From a virus, in the IMG/VR virus record IMGVR_UViG_3300046004_000518, positions 1 through 64,000 of that record: a stretch of DNA of 64,000 bases; one strand, written 5' to 3'. Made by a program: the position numbers and the translations under genes. The notes below the pieces were generated by a model that was not told the origin of the DNA, ran no database searches, and saw nothing but the letters and a program-made list of their open reading frames with translations. Position 1 is the first letter of the stretch; each line of letters starts with the position of its first letter. Positions 28,113-37,828 of this stretch are shown piece by piece.

Positions 28113-29174
28113 CTATATGACTGGCCGGGACTGGCCTTTACGTTTAATATCCAGTGTTAGACAGTGTATACCGGCTTCCCAGAATACCCCGTGTCTAATA
28201 GGACAAACGTGACTATTGACACCTAGACTATCTAATAATTTAAATAGTTTAGTATTGTGTGTTGTGAATATAACATTGTGTGGATCAACTACTAATGGAT
28301 TAAAATCAAAACAGACTTCTTGGGCATATCCCTTCCATTCATTTAACCAACAGTCTAGCCACTTGTCAGTTATTTTAATTTCTCCAGATAGATAACCATT
28401 GGTTAGGGGTGCGGTATTTCTACGTTCCCCTAATAGAACTCCTACAGGCAGTAGTCGTTTGTGCTGTAATGCATCGGGTACCCATGTTTTATTTTCGCAT
28501 AAAATTATTTCATCATTGACACTAAAGAATCCGTGATCAATGTGCCCAAATTTATCTTGAACTATAATACGTCCTTGGGGAGTATTTCTGCGCATCCATT
28601 CTAACCCCAATGCCGTGCCTGGACTACGGTTAGATATTAAGGCATCTCCGTATTTAAACATACAAGCAGTATGCCATAATAGTTTATCTACGTATTTTTC
28701 TTTATAGAATTGTTCTCCACTTTCAGTCCAATTGTCTGTATCGGTTGTGATAGTGGTCAATTCTGGTGGAGGTTGACTTATCCAGTTGTGCCCTTGTTTA
28801 AATAAGTCAGCAAATATTTCATAGTAACTTAGACTGTCTATATATCTGTCAGGTAATGATGTATATGTTTGATAGACTGTTTCACCGTAGACCATATACT
28901 GATCTCGTGGAACCATAGGCGCTGTGGCTAGTTTAATATCAAAATCGGCAATTCTTATATCTTGATTATTAAGTTTGGGTCGGGGGCGATGTACTTTAAC
29001 TCCTAGTTTAGAGAGATAATCTGCTAGATTATTTAAATCCTCTTTACTCTCTTCTAAGATTCGACTAAAATTGTCAGCTGTTTTTTTAGGTAGTTGCCAA
29101 TTTAATTCATTGTATAAAAAACAATCGCCAACTATAACTTCTTCGAGTGGATCCCACTCTGTCCAACAGGCCAT
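28113..29174 (-). CDS. amidinotransferase (glycine/inosamine-phosphate amidinotransferase family)
   Basis: EWDPLEEVIVG, PRD, GHIDH and AGIHCLTLDIKR motifs. Confidence 0.85.
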   Translation of the reverse strand: MACWTEWDPLEEVIVGDCFLYNELNWQLPKKTADNFSRILEESKEDLNNLADYLSKLGVKVHRPRPKLNNQDIRIADFDIKLATAPMVPRDQYMVYGETVYQTYTSLPDRYIDSLSYYEIFADLFKQGHNWISQPPPELTTITTDTDNWTESGEQFYKEKYVDKLLWHTACMFKYGDALISNRSPGTALGLEWMRRNTPQGRIIVQDKFGHIDHGFFSVNDEIILCENKTWVPDALQHKRLLPVGVLLGERRNTAPLTNGYLSGEIKITDKWLDCWLNEWKGYAQEVCFDFNPLVVDPHNVIFTTHNTKLFKLLDSLGVNSHVCPIRHGVFWEAGIHCLTLDIKRKGQSRPVI

Positions 29175-29185
29175 GTATATCCTTG

Positions 29186-29989
29186 TTATTTACATTTGAT
29201 TTGTTTTGCTTTGGTTAATGCACCAAAGTCTACTGGAAAATCTTTAGTTGTTTTGTTTAAAATTGCACCTGCGGGTAATGGAAATTTAAGACCAGTTTGT
29301 TGTTCTACTGTTGCCAAACTAGTTTGTACTACACTAATATCATTACCTTGACTACCTTTGTGCTCAAATATAAATGATAACACCTCTTTGGTGGTATTGT
29401 CAATGACAATTTTATAAAAGGCATGCGGTACAACTACCTTGTTGGTGCCAATTGTTGGGTCTGCCGCACTATAGATAGGACCTGCATATACGGTAATATT
29501 AGTATTACGTTGTACTGCCCATCCACGTGTATATGTTTCTACTAGTTTCCAAATGCCACGATTTAATCCACCTGATTGTGGCATCATGTTAGTCATTAAG
29601 AAACTTTCGTATTCTACCTGTTGATCAAAGCTCAAGTCACCGTCTGGAGCAACGTGTCCTTTATCGTAACCTGTACCCGCATAGTCATCTGGTTCTGCAC
29701 GTGAGCCTTTGGGTAAACTAGCATCAGCTACGAACGCATTAGTACGTGCAATACAACCAATTGCCTCGGTTGGTGTGATTGTCCAAACTGTCCACACTGG
29801 TAATTTAGCCACTGTATCGTTTAATGTAGCATAGGCTAATCTACATTGCTGTACACCTTGCTTACCTGTAGGAAAGCCGTATGGTGCTTCTTGTTTGCAA
29901 AACGACAATGCTCGAGGAGGTGTTTGATTCCACGCATAACTGTTTAAACTTATTAAAAAAATTGATAATGCCAGAATAATTTTGTTCAT
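29186..29989 (-). CDS. DNA/RNA non-specific endonuclease (NucA family) with signal peptide
   Basis: YDKGHVAP, FLMTNMMPQ...LNRGIW, VPHAFYKI; N-terminal signal ending SYA. Confidence 0.9.
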   Translation of the reverse strand: MNKIILALSIFLISLNSYAWNQTPPRALSFCKQEAPYGFPTGKQGVQQCRLAYATLNDTVAKLPVWTVWTITPTEAIGCIARTNAFVADASLPKGSRAEPDDYAGTGYDKGHVAPDGDLSFDQQVEYESFLMTNMMPQSGGLNRGIWKLVETYTRGWAVQRNTNITVYAGPIYSAADPTIGTNKVVVPHAFYKIVIDNTTKEVLSFIFEHKGSQGNDISVVQTSLATVEQQTGLKFPLPAGAILNKTTKDFPVDFGALTKAKQIKCK

Positions 29990-30007
29990 TGAAAGATCCT
30001 TGTTGTT

Positions 30008-30544
30008 TTATTTATAGATGTAATTTAAGTTGATGACGCATCTGGTTCGTTGATCTGTACAGGTTGTTCCTGTATGCTCATTATCAGCAGAAAATGCCAC
30101 TAATCTATTCTCGACGGAGTTGACTTTTGTGCCATCGGCAAATATAGTGAATCCGTTGTTGGTGTTTACATAGAATACAGCAGTTTTTTTCTCAACATTA
30201 TCGAAATCGCTGGAGTATTCGATGTCAGTATGATAATCATATTGAATTATATCATGTGTGGCTGGTAATAGATTGGCTTTGATTCTCACAAGTTCAATTG
30301 TTTTACCTGGCACTACAACTAAGTTGATTAATGGAGCTATCATATTAAACCAATCACTGCGCACAGTATAATTATTGTAGAATATATGGGTAAATTGATA
30401 ATTGTACTTGTCTTCTACTAATGATTTTTCATCATACAATACTTTTGTTGGGCACAGATACCATGGAAAATCCGACCCTAGCATAGCAGTTTTAATTACA
30501 GAAAAATCTTCATTACTTAAACAATTATCTATTATATTATACAT
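30008..30544 (-). CDS. 2OG-Fe(II) oxygenase
   Basis: YHTD, TAVFYVNTNNG, NRLVAF...H and RCVINLNY motifs. Confidence 0.85.
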   Translation of the reverse strand: MYNIIDNCLSNEDFSVIKTAMLGSDFPWYLCPTKVLYDEKSLVEDKYNYQFTHIFYNNYTVRSDWFNMIAPLINLVVVPGKTIELVRIKANLLPATHDIIQYDYHTDIEYSSDFDNVEKKTAVFYVNTNNGFTIFADGTKVNSVENRLVAFSADNEHTGTTCTDQRTRCVINLNYIYK

Positions 30545-30550
30545 ATTACT

Positions 30551-30579
30551 ATTATATAGTATGTGTAATCGATAATCAA
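30551..30579 (-). promoter_or_regulatory. sigma70-type promoter giving a probable leaderless mRNA
   Basis: TTGATT-N17-TATAAT, 6 nt before ATG. Confidence 0.6.
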
Positions 30580-33179
30580 CCTGGTGCTATGCCAGACCAT
30601 GTAATTATACCAAAACCAGATTGACCTGCTGATCCAGGGATATTTTTGTATCCTGCTGCTGACCCAGCACCGCCACGTGCACCGCCATTAGTAGAGCCTC
30701 GGCCTGGACTGAAGTAACTTTGAGCTCTGGCTGCTCCACTTGCACCGCCGCTCTGTAATAAGATAGTGCTTGCACCCAGAGCAATAGTAGACGACCCTCC
30801 TGCGGCACCTGCACCTTGGCCACCGCCACCCGCACCACCTGTACCGATATCATATGAATATGTTTGCCCTGCTGATACAGTTCGAGTTACTGATACTAAA
30901 TCCGATGCACCACCACCAAGACCAAACAACCAGTGATTTTTATCGCCGCCATCTGATCCGCCACCACCGCCGCCGCCACCGCATATAGTAAATGTAGCTG
31001 AGGTTACATAAGCTGGAACAGTCCAACTACCGCTACCTGATATTGTCAATGATCCAGTAAATGGTACAGGAGTTCTTGACGTATCTGCAATTGCACAACT
31101 AGCACTTGCACCTTTACCGTCTAGTGTAATAGTTATATTTTCTACACCTTCTGTAGTCAAGTCGTTACTAAGAGTAAACGCAGCAGATTCAGCTGAGCCA
31201 ACTATAAATTGTCCAGTCATGGCTCCTGATGATAAATCGGCAGCATTAACGCCACTTAGTGACCATCGAACTACTTCTCCGGTGGTTGCTCCAACAGATG
31301 ACATGGTAAAGGTTACTGTCTCGCCTTCATCTATAGATGCGGTATCTCCGAATATACTGTACACAGGACTAAGTGATATATTATTTACTATACACGATGC
31401 ACTAACTCCTTTATTGTCAAGAAATACTTTTAATGTTCTTGCTCCGTATGTTGTATGATTTAATTTTGGAGTAAAGCTAATTGTGTCAGTTGTACCTACT
31501 ACAAAATTACCACTCAACGCACCAGCCGTTAATGCAGTTGCGTCTATACCAGTTGCGGTATAATGAACTACTGTACCATTTGTTAGGCCAGTACCACCCA
31601 AAGTGAATGTAACTGTATCGCCTTCATCTACTGAACTAAAATCAGGAGTCAGCGTGTAGATTACTGTAGGGTCATTTAGATTTTCCGCACCTTGGATTGA
31701 TCTGGATGTAATTAACGGTTGCCATGCACCACTAACTTTAGTCCAACCATTTAATAATTCTTTCCACATGCCATCAACTTTAACCCATGCACGATCAATA
31801 CTTCTCCAATTATTAGATTTTTTTAAATTAATATTAAAAGATTTTGTAAAGACTAAAAGCGCAGCTCCATTTTTGTCTGGATATCCGGGATTAGTACTTG
31901 GATACTCAGGTATTGAGGCGCCGCCTGGGCCAGAACCAGAACCTGCTTGTATAATAGTTCCGTAGCTTATACCGCCTTCGCCACCGTCGGATCCATTGGT
32001 ACTACTAGCACCAGCCAGGCCGCCAAAATATCCACCACCGCCACCACCACCAGTAGATGGACCTTCTGCTGAATCAGCACCTTGGCTTGTTCCGCCACTG
32101 CCTCCGACTATCTGAGCATTGCCGCCAACTTTACCTTGAGTCCCAATTATACCACCACCTCCGCCACCGCCACCACCTGCAGCAACAGCAACTACCACAC
32201 CGTTAACTGTGATAACAGTGGCTCCACCGCCACCACCACCGCGTCCTTCCCTAGATGCAGCACCGGCAGTGCCGCCGCTGAAATTAGTTGGACTAGTTAA
32301 TCCTTTACCACCAGCATATCTTACTCCGGCGCCACCGACTGACACTACAACAATATCGCCCTGCGTTACTCTTATTTTTCTATTTGCATATCCGCCTGTT
32401 CCGCCTGTTCCGCCTTGGCCGCCACCATACGAAGTGTATACCGGTTCGTACACTGGAGCATATACTGGTTCATATACTGCTTGTACTCCCTCGGGTACTG
32501 CGGCCCACGACACAATAACTGTACCAGAACTACCTGCTGCACCCGATGATCCATATCCGCGCGGTGATCCTGACCCACCGGAACCAGCACCGATAGCAGA
32601 AGATGCGCCTGGAGATACAGCTTTAACTGCTCTGTTTGCACCTCCGCCGCCACCTGCAGCCTTTACGATAGTTGCTCCGTTTACTGCAACAACAGTTGCT
32701 GATCCTGCTCGTCCTGCCCTATCTGTGCCGCCGCCTTTTCCACCAGCACCTACAGTGGCAGTAATTATTTGGCCCGGTGTCACGGCTACAGTTGTTGTAG
32801 CCAATTCCCCAGCTTGTCCGCCTAGTCCATATATATTATGATTCTTATCGCCACCATCAGAGCCGCCGCCTCCACCACCGCCACCAACGGCAGTTATGTT
32901 AACGGATGTAACTCCTTTTGGAACAACTAACTCTTTACTTACAATTGCTTGCCCGGCAGCAACGCCCGCTCTTACTACAACCGTTCCAACTACTTGAGTT
33001 CCAGTTTGTACACTACCGACTTGGCGTGTCCCAGTCTGACGAGCAACCGTTTCACCAGCGGTGCCGCTTCCACCGCCACCGCCCCATAAGAAAAACTCAA
33101 GTGCGCTGACTCCTTGCGGAATAACGTAGATGTATGTACCAGGTATAGTATATTCTGTAGTTTGACTTATAAGACTCAT
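30576..33179 (-). CDS. glycine-rich virion/tail-associated protein with Ig-like repeats
   Basis: Three VP.GV...GGGGG domains, WVKVDGMWK motif, two S(V/I)DEG.TVTFT repeats. Confidence 0.75.
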   Translation of the reverse strand: MSLISQTTEYTIPGTYIYVIPQGVSALEFFLWGGGGGSGTAGETVARQTGTRQVGSVQTGTQVVGTVVVRAGVAAGQAIVSKELVVPKGVTSVNITAVGGGGGGGGSDGGDKNHNIYGLGGQAGELATTTVAVTPGQIITATVGAGGKGGGTDRAGRAGSATVVAVNGATIVKAAGGGGGANRAVKAVSPGASSAIGAGSGGSGSPRGYGSSGAAGSSGTVIVSWAAVPEGVQAVYEPVYAPVYEPVYTSYGGGQGGTGGTGGYANRKIRVTQGDIVVVSVGGAGVRYAGGKGLTSPTNFSGGTAGAASREGRGGGGGGATVITVNGVVVAVAAGGGGGGGGGIIGTQGKVGGNAQIVGGSGGTSQGADSAEGPSTGGGGGGGYFGGLAGASSTNGSDGGEGGISYGTIIQAGSGSGPGGASIPEYPSTNPGYPDKNGAALLVFTKSFNINLKKSNNWRSIDRAWVKVDGMWKELLNGWTKVSGAWQPLITSRSIQGAENLNDPTVIYTLTPDFSSVDEGDTVTFTLGGTGLTNGTVVHYTATGIDATALTAGALSGNFVVGTTDTISFTPKLNHTTYGARTLKVFLDNKGVSASCIVNNISLSPVYSIFGDTASIDEGETVTFTMSSVGATTGEVVRWSLSGVNAADLSSGAMTGQFIVGSAESAAFTLSNDLTTEGVENITITLDGKGASASCAIADTSRTPVPFTGSLTISGSGSWTVPAYVTSATFTICGGGGGGGGSDGGDKNHWLFGLGGGASDLVSVTRTVSAGQTYSYDIGTGGAGGGGQGAGAAGGSSTIALGASTILLQSGGASGAARAQSYFSPGRGSTNGGARGGAGSAAGYKNIPGSAGQSGFGIITWSGIAPG

Positions 33180-33868
33180 TAATCAGTTTCCTTGGTGTTG
33201 CAAATTGTGTCGTAATCTTGCATTGTTAGTGTATTACCTTCATGACTTAGAGCAATTAAACGTTCTGCTAAATCGTGTAAATCCGCATCTGTTTCGGCAT
33301 CTTCGCGAGCAAATTCAAATAAGCGTATTAATAGTGGAATATCGACACTAATAACATCTTGTGGATTAAATTCTTCCTTAACTGGTATCTCGCCGGTTAA
33401 CGGACCTGCCGCTGGAGTTGCTGCACCGCCACTTGCACCATCATCTGCGCTGTGCCATTGATCTGTGCCGTCATTCCATTGATCATTACCGTTGTGCCAT
33501 GCTGGATTATCACCGGCCCACGCATCTTCTTTAACGTGTTTAAAATAGTTAACCTGACGTTCACGTTTTTCAGCACCAGCTCGAGTTGGATATTTACCTA
33601 AGTTCTTACCAGTATGTGATTTAAGTTCATACTGGCTGCCCACTTTTACAATTGTTTCGTCTACAGGTTTAGCCAGTGCTGTTGCTTTTTGGTGAATACG
33701 TGTGCTGTATTCTTTACCATATTTGTTACGCAAATGCGTCATGTAATCAAAATATTCCTGACGTGCCTTAGTATCAGATAGTGCTCTATTCACTAGACCG
33801 TGTGCAGTAACAACATCTGCTACTTCATTATCTTCGTTAACTGCTGGATTAAAATCTTGTATACGCAT
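33179..33868 (-). CDS. modular putative head protein with tag MRIQDF
   Basis: Modules separated by VNED, VDET, VKED, VKEE; GKNLGKYPTRAGAEKRERQVNYFKH module; TAAATA at 33897-33902. Confidence 0.65.
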   Translation of the reverse strand: MRIQDFNPAVNEDNEVADVVTAHGLVNRALSDTKARQEYFDYMTHLRNKYGKEYSTRIHQKATALAKPVDETIVKVGSQYELKSHTGKNLGKYPTRAGAEKRERQVNYFKHVKEDAWAGDNPAWHNGNDQWNDGTDQWHSADDGASGGAATPAAGPLTGEIPVKEEFNPQDVISVDIPLLIRLFEFAREDAETDADLHDLAERLIALSHEGNTLTMQDYDTICNTKETD

Positions 33869-33938
33869 AATTGCTCTCAGATTGACTCATATAAGATATT
33901 TATGCTAATTTAATTCTAAGTAAAACTTATAAAAAGAC

Positions 33939-33967
33939 TTGACTTTAACGGTAAAAGATAGTATAAT
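33939..33967 (+). promoter_or_regulatory. strong sigma70-type promoter
   Basis: TTGACT-N17-TATAAT with A-rich upstream region. Confidence 0.8.
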
Positions 33968-34001
33968 AGCTATGTCTTTAATCAACCTATGAGTAAACTC
34001 A

Positions 34002-34448
34002 ATGACACAAATAGCAGAATTATTAAATGAAATTATCGGTGACCCAATTAACGGACCATATGAAGGTGAGGATTATTGGATTGACACTGATGGCACAATA
34101 CAAGTAGCTGAGAACAATGTTAAGTTGGCGGCCATAATTATGCGTCGAGCAAATAGTAGTGGATACTTTGATACTAAGTTAGTTAAAGTAGGCAACAAGG
34201 GTGATAGTATATTACTTGGCTTTGATACTATGGCTGACATTGAGCCGGTGTACACATCAAAAATTGGATTCAAACGTGATACCTTAGCCGAAGTAAAGCG
34301 AGATTTGGCTGGCAAGTTCTGTGTGTATCTTAATAAGAAACGTGCTAGTCGTATGTTTAGTAAACTATCAGCGGTTAAAGCGTATCTAAAGAAATTAGAC
34401 TTGGATTTACAAACAGACGGGCAAGAGCCAGAAGCACTAGACGATTAA
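34002..34448 (+). CDS. hypothetical early protein
   Basis: 148-aa plus-strand ORF between its own promoter and terminator. Confidence 0.75.
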   Translation: MTQIAELLNEIIGDPINGPYEGEDYWIDTDGTIQVAENNVKLAAIIMRRANSSGYFDTKLVKVGNKGDSILLGFDTMADIEPVYTSKIGFKRDTLAEVKRDLAGKFCVYLNKKRASRMFSKLSAVKAYLKKLDLDLQTDGQEPEALDD

Positions 34449-34466
34449 AGGGTTGCCCCTTTAATC
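34443..34466. terminator. hairpin between convergent genes (probable bidirectional terminator)
   Basis: gattaaaggg-ttgc-ccctttaatc, perfect 10-bp inverted repeat. Confidence 0.7.
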
Positions 34467-37352
34467 TTATGGTGTTAGTTTAGCTTGATTTGCTATAGTT
34501 TTAAACTGTGATGCAAGTTTAGGATCTGCAGCGGCTTTGTTAAGCACACCCATTATTGGAGCAAGTGCTTTTACATCAGTTGATGTTGCTGTGCCTAACG
34601 TAGCTGAATCAAGTGCTTTATCCAATGTGGCCGGAGCAACCGTAGTGCCTGTTGCGGTTTTTAGTGTATTAGTTGCCGCAGCCGCTTTTGCTACAGCCGC
34701 TGGATCAGCTGGTTTAGCACCCGGTGTTGCGGTAGCTACTGTGGCTGCACCAGGAACTGCAAACTCTTTAACGGGCTTTTTTACAGCGGCTTTTTCCTTA
34801 CGTAAGCGTATTTGTTCTTGGCGTTCTGCTGGTGTAGGAACCTGAACATTCTGCATACGATCCATATTACCTAACTTAGTAGCAATAACTTTATGTCCAC
34901 GTGATTCTTTAAATTCACGCAACTTGCTTTGTAAGTCTGAATACTGTTGATTTAAACTGCCTAATCTACGTGCTAATTCATCTTTAAGTTGTGGATCTTG
35001 TGATGTAGTCGGATCCATTTGAATTTGTTGTAATGCACTACGTTTAGCCTGATAATCTTCTCGATCAAGTAATGGGGTTTCACTGCCTTCACCTAGACGA
35101 TTGCGACTAGCCGCACGTGCTGCCATACTGCTTACACCTGCTTGTGCTTGCTTTTTATCCTTCATAGGATCTTCATTCTTAACAGTTAAAATTTCATTAG
35201 AGAATTTAACTTTAGTAGGATTAATACTGTCAACATAGTGTTGAATAGCTGGACTATTGTTGTTAGCATCTACTAGATCTTTAAGTAAGAATGGTTGACT
35301 TGTAGCGGCTACTACCATATTAGTAATAACTTCTGGTGCAACTTCTGTATGTCCCTGTTGAATAAGTTCTTGTACTGCGGCCAACACAGCGCCTTCAACT
35401 GGATCGTTAGATTCAATACCTTCATTAATAGCACGGTAAGCTAAGTTCTTACCATAGTTAGATTGGATGTAGGCCATAGCGTGCCCTTTAGTTGGGAACA
35501 CTTTATCGGTGACTGGCTGACGTGTATCAAGGCTAACTACGTGATACCCTTTAGCTTCTGGTTCTTTTTGAGCATAAGGCGCATCTAATTTCTCTTGACG
35601 ATGTGCATCATATTCAGCATCTGGATCACGTTCAACTCTGGTACGCTCTTCAGGACCACTTTCCCAACCTTCTTCTACGTCTTTACTAACAGTATCATGA
35701 TAGTATTCGGCGCTTGCTACTTTTAAACCATTGGCTTCTGCGTACTGTTTAGCACCTTTATGTGTGCGGAATTTTTTCTTAACTGTTTTAGTTTTTGGAT
35801 CGTATACATAGAAATCGTTGTTCCAAGTAGTACGTGCTTCCACCACACCTTGATTTTGCTTTTTAATCCATGCATTGGCTTCTTCAGCTGATTTAAATGG
35901 ACCAGCAACACTTCCGCCTTGACCATCTTTAAATACACGCCAAACACCGTCTTTAGTTTCACGACCAGTGTAGTTTTCTGCTAGGTCTTTTACTAAACGT
36001 ACATCTTGTTTAAGCACTACTGCTTGCCCACCATCTTCTAAGTCTAGGTCAAGATATACACGATTTCTTAACTTGTCAGTTTTGATCTGACGAACATATC
36101 CAGTTTTACCAGCATCACGACCTTTAACGATAGTAACTTTTTTGTGTAGACCTTTGCTAGGACCACGACCTTCTGCCATGTTACCATGATCTACGTAAAA
36201 GCGTTCGTTGCTACTACCATTAGCCGCTGCATTGTCTTTAGCATTGTTTAAATTTTGTACCAATGATTCAATACTCTTTGGGTTAAGATTGATTTTTCTG
36301 TTACCACGTTCATGTTCGTATGATTTACCAGTTTCTAATGTGTAGCCATAGTATTCAATAAGTTCAGCTAACGTACCTGACTTACTACGCTCTCTACCAT
36401 TTCTTTCTGATGTTATTGAGTAAACATCAGCCGCACCTTCACCAACTTGTGTATAAGGATGTGGATCGTTTTCTTCTTCATCACGATTGCGATTACGCTC
36501 TTGTTCGGCATCAGTTGGAACTTCTTTAGGCCAAGGAATTGATTTTCTTTTTGCTGCACGTTGTTTAGCTTGAGATTTGGCAAATTCTTCCATACCTTCT
36601 CCTAATAAATCTTCGTCGTCATCATGATCCCAGCTATCGTCATCTTCTTCGTCATCATAGTCATCATCTTCTTCCGCAGGACCGTAGTCCATAACGTCTA
36701 AACTGTCCCAACCTTGGTTAGGGTGATAGTTACCATTGGCTTTAAGAGCAAACTCTGTAGCTTTGTGTGCTAGATCGTCGTAGCTGGTAACCGGACCAAT
36801 ATACTGTTCTAGTTGTCTATAACTTGCTTGGTTAAATTCATCACCATCATTGAAGTGACGATAGACAATTTTACTAGCCGCACGCAACACTTCACCTTCA
36901 ATAGTTTCTGCCGCACCCTGTGCCGGTACTAATTTTTCATATAGTGCTTCGTATTCTTTTTGTAATGCTCCGGTACCATTCCAGTAGGTACGTGGCTCAT
37001 CAGGTAAACTAACACGATCACTACCTGTGTTCCAACCTTCTTCAACAGTGGTATAACGTTTACTTGGCTTACCATGTTTAGTATATTCACGACCTGGTCT
37101 GCTACCTTTACGACTTGGACGTTTTTCTTCTACACCAATGTCATCTTCCATAAAATTAGCGTATGCTTCTGCTAATTCTTCTTCTTTAGTTTTAGGAGTA
37201 GGACCTTTAGCTAGATCTTTGATGATGCTATCTCCTACTAATTTTTTACCCGGGGTACCTTTGTCTGTACCCTTCCATTGCTCACCTGGTTTTTGTTCAG
37301 GCTCACCGGCAAATTTAGACATAGCTTCTAATAGTTTTCGCATCATACTCAT
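34467..37352 (-). CDS. large modular putative internal head polyprotein
   Basis: MSMMRKLLE N-terminus; about 11 internal hydrophobic-x-E-(G/A/S/N) sites separating short domains. Confidence 0.65.
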   Translation of the reverse strand: MSMMRKLLEAMSKFAGEPEQKPGEQWKGTDKGTPGKKLVGDSIIKDLAKGPTPKTKEEELAEAYANFMEDDIGVEEKRPSRKGSRPGREYTKHGKPSKRYTTVEEGWNTGSDRVSLPDEPRTYWNGTGALQKEYEALYEKLVPAQGAAETIEGEVLRAASKIVYRHFNDGDEFNQASYRQLEQYIGPVTSYDDLAHKATEFALKANGNYHPNQGWDSLDVMDYGPAEEDDDYDDEEDDDSWDHDDDEDLLGEGMEEFAKSQAKQRAAKRKSIPWPKEVPTDAEQERNRNRDEEENDPHPYTQVGEGAADVYSITSERNGRERSKSGTLAELIEYYGYTLETGKSYEHERGNRKINLNPKSIESLVQNLNNAKDNAAANGSSNERFYVDHGNMAEGRGPSKGLHKKVTIVKGRDAGKTGYVRQIKTDKLRNRVYLDLDLEDGGQAVVLKQDVRLVKDLAENYTGRETKDGVWRVFKDGQGGSVAGPFKSAEEANAWIKKQNQGVVEARTTWNNDFYVYDPKTKTVKKKFRTHKGAKQYAEANGLKVASAEYYHDTVSKDVEEGWESGPEERTRVERDPDAEYDAHRQEKLDAPYAQKEPEAKGYHVVSLDTRQPVTDKVFPTKGHAMAYIQSNYGKNLAYRAINEGIESNDPVEGAVLAAVQELIQQGHTEVAPEVITNMVVAATSQPFLLKDLVDANNNSPAIQHYVDSINPTKVKFSNEILTVKNEDPMKDKKQAQAGVSSMAARAASRNRLGEGSETPLLDREDYQAKRSALQQIQMDPTTSQDPQLKDELARRLGSLNQQYSDLQSKLREFKESRGHKVIATKLGNMDRMQNVQVPTPAERQEQIRLRKEKAAVKKPVKEFAVPGAATVATATPGAKPADPAAVAKAAAATNTLKTATGTTVAPATLDKALDSATLGTATSTDVKALAPIMGVLNKAAADPKLASQFKTIANQAKLTP

Positions 37353-37516
37353 TTTGTTTTTCTCTTTTTAGGTTGTTTATACGTGCCACCAAACAATGTG
37401 CCCACTTTAGGACCTGTGCCTACACCTGGTACAGTAGCAATAGCGCCAGAGCTAGTTGCTCCGCTGGTTGCATCTTCGGTTAAGTCTGGTCGTTTGATAA
37501 TATCGGTTATTTTCAT
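37349..37516 (-). CDS. 55-aa putative head protein with tag MKITDII
   Basis: Below ORF cutoff: MKITDIIKRPDLTEDATSGATSSGAIATVPG...KQPKKRKTK; TAAATA 5 nt upstream; ATGA overlap with next gene. Confidence 0.7.
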   Translation of the reverse strand: MKITDIIKRPDLTEDATSGATSSGAIATVPGVGTGPKVGTLFGGTYKQPKKRKTK

Positions 37517-37524
37517 ATATGTAT

Positions 37525-37827
37525 TTATTGTAATGTAAAACTTATGGTATGTTCATTGATCTGTTCAACATTAAATGTTTGATTGACAATTTGTAAATTA
37601 CGCAGGGAGAATTGTGCTATGGAGTTGCTCTGAGAGATTATTTCAATTCTAGCAATATTGTTATTATTGTTAGGCATCACTATCCAGATATTTTCGTTAA
37701 TTAACGTTTTAGAATCCCAAATCCAAGTGCGTTCTGTTAATAAATCATCATTTATATACAATCGATAATTATTTTGTTCAACAGGATCTATACAATGTAC
37801 TTCTACTGTAAGATTTATTGCGTTCAT
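37525..37827 (-). CDS. hypothetical protein
   Basis: 100-aa ORF, YRLYINDDLLTERTWIW. Confidence 0.65.
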   Translation of the reverse strand: MNAINLTVEVHCIDPVEQNNYRLYINDDLLTERTWIWDSKTLINENIWIVMPNNNNNIARIEIISQSNSIAQFSLRNLQIVNQTFNVEQINEHTISFTLQ

Positions 37828-37828
37828 A

